A DNA stretch of 64,000 nucleotides, from contig CAZMHM010000004.1 of assembly GCA_964566135.1 (NCBI GenBank), forward strand, positions 12,596 through 76,595. Direction: 5' to 3'. Each line of letters begins with the position of its first letter. Within the stretch, counting starts at the first letter, position 1. Below the pieces are notes generated by a model. The model ran no database searches, was not told the DNA's origin, and worked only from the letters and a program-made list of their open reading frames with translations. Made by a program: the position numbers and the translations under genes. Positions 62,881 to 64,000 of this stretch are shown here, one piece after another. This stretch comes from an uncultured Candidatus Saccharibacteria bacterium. GTDB taxonomy: Bacteria > Patescibacteriota > Saccharimonadia > Saccharimonadales > CAIOMD01.

Positions 62881-64000
62881 CTATTTATAATAATACCAGC
62901 GATTTGTCGTTGCCGTATTCGTAACATCGCCCACTTTCTGAGCCTCGCCACCATCAATGTTCAAAACATAATCTGCTGTTTCTTGTGAATTTGAGACACG
63001 AATGAGCAAATGTTTATCGGTTAGCCAACGAATTGGATAGCCGAGACCTCCTTTAGAAAATATGACTTTATCCGTATTGCTTGGCGTTTTGATATCTTGC
63101 AAAATTAGCACTCCCTTGCCGTCGCGGTTATCAACCCAGACGGTTTTTTCACCATTGGGGCTATCGATATAAATACGGTGAGTGGGTGACGCTGGTGCAC
63201 CGCTTAATGCGGTAAATTTATTCTCGCCGAGCGTTTGCTCGTACCATTTACTATCTGATGCGTTGACCTGCATCTTATCGTATGATGTGCGATACGTTAC
63301 CCAAGTTTCTTTATTCAAGAGTGACGTCTTTGAGCTATTATCAGCATTGATTCGATATAGCTGCGCTGCTTCGCCCGCTAATGCACCCGCAGCACTTGGT
63401 GCGTAATAAACCTGTCCCTTGTATACTTCGACGTCATTAAAGTAATTCGCGTTGGCGAGTTCGATTTGCTTCTCTTGCTTATAGTCATATGTCGTGACAC
63501 GCTGTCGCCCCGCTGTAGCGGCGCTTGGACCAGCAGCGACTTTTACAAACACTAACTTGTCGCCTATCCAGTCAATAAGTTGAATTTGCGCAGATTCTGT
63601 TCCTGGTACTTTTGTCACTGTTTTCGCTGTCACGTCAATCGTATATAGATTACTCAGCAAATATCCATTTTTGTCACGCTTGCCTTCACGCGTTGAAACA
63701 AGCGCGGCAACTGTACCATCTTGATTAACAAGGAGGCCTAGCGGATCTTGTTCGGTACCGGTACCAGGCAATAACACGACCTCGTTTTTACCATCGACGT
63801 CACGCTTATATACATCTAGCTTACCGGAGCGTTTCGAAACGAATACTTCTGGCTCACCGGCAACAAGTTTTATCGCCTTTGTAGTTTTATCGGTAGAAAC
63901 AATAGTGGTTTCTTCTGAACGATAACCCTTGCTTTTCACGATAAGCTTTAGGTCTTTATCGGTAGGCTGTACCGTAAGAGTCGCTTTGCCTGAATCATCG
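62881..64000 (-). CDS. Beta-propeller (TolB/PD40-like) repeat protein, 3' part; the reading frame stays open to the right window edge
   Basis: The track starts at an internal GTG (63939). My translation upstream (..DDSGKATLTVQPTDKDLKLIV) meets no stop before position 64000. The sequence has repeated strand-rich segments. Confidence 0.65.
   Translation of the reverse strand, partial: DDSGKATLTVQPTDKDLKLIVKSKGYRSEETTIVSTDKTTKAIKLVAGEPEVFVSKRSGKLDVYKRDVDGKNEVVLLPGTGTEQDPLGLLVNQDGTVAALVSTREGKRDKNGYLLSNLYTIDVTAKTVTKVPGTESAQIQLIDWIGDKLVFVKVAAGPSAATAGRQRVTTYDYKQEKQIELANANYFNDVEVYKGQVYYAPSAAGALAGEAAQLYRINADNSSKTSLLNKETWVTYRTSYDKMQVNASDSKWYEQTLGENKFTALSGAPASPTHRIYIDSPNGEKTVWVDNRDGKGVLILQDIKTPSNTDKVIFSKGGLGYPIRWLTDKHLLIRVSNSQETADYVLNIDGGEAQKVGDVTNTATTNRWYYYK

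Noticed and set aside
1-64000. CRISPR arrays, rRNA operons, IS elements, toxin-antitoxin pairs and restriction-modification genes
   Set aside because: I looked for regularly spaced direct repeats, 16S/23S-like conserved stretches, transposase or integrase motifs and small paired ORFs. None was found by eye.

Overview
This is a dense, mostly housekeeping 64-kb window with about 80 CDS and 4 tRNAs. I found no rRNA, CRISPR array, transposase, integrase or phage genes, and the standard genetic code fits. The gene content suggests a Patescibacteria/CPR bacterium, plausibly Saccharibacteria: a type IV pilus cluster with giant pilin-like proteins, a sortase with one surface substrate, ComEC, a half-length TsaB, many 1-4 nt gene overlaps and almost no biosynthesis. 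That placement comes from memory of these families, not from a search. Layout, left to right: ZIP transporter/Fur-family pair; sortase plus surface protein; tsaB-tsaE; an LTD surface protein; recX-membrane protein-recA; the pilus cluster pilB-pilC-pilA-three pilin-like genes-pilMNO (8.9-19 kb); ruvB-ruvA-ruvC-yebC-comEC; tRNA-Lys; an ATP-grasp ligase/peptidase cluster (25.2-31.6 kb); CIRCE-hrcA-grpE-dnaK-X-dnaJ; lepA, murJ, ftsH, tilS; three CAU-anticodon tRNAs (elongator Met, Ile2-type, initiator); a thiol-redox operon with an ATP-cone protein; an RRM protein; an ABC-2 exporter, MFS, murC and mscS. The strongest candidates for something undescribed are: (1) four different ATP-grasp ligases, including a stand-alone homologue of the cyanophycin synthetase G domain, bracketed by a retropepsin-like protease and an S51 cyanophycinase/PepE-type peptidase; (2) a protein with a HEPN-type RNxxAH motif wedged between dnaK and dnaJ; (3) a membrane-less, motif-degenerate P-type ATPase relic followed by a complete mini-gene for a 26-aa peptide; (4) partial direct plus inverted duplications next to tRNA-Ile2 and tRNA-Lys, and a roughly 190-nt block of stacked hairpins beside tRNA-Lys. 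All functional calls rest on motif recognition by eye and none has been checked against a database.
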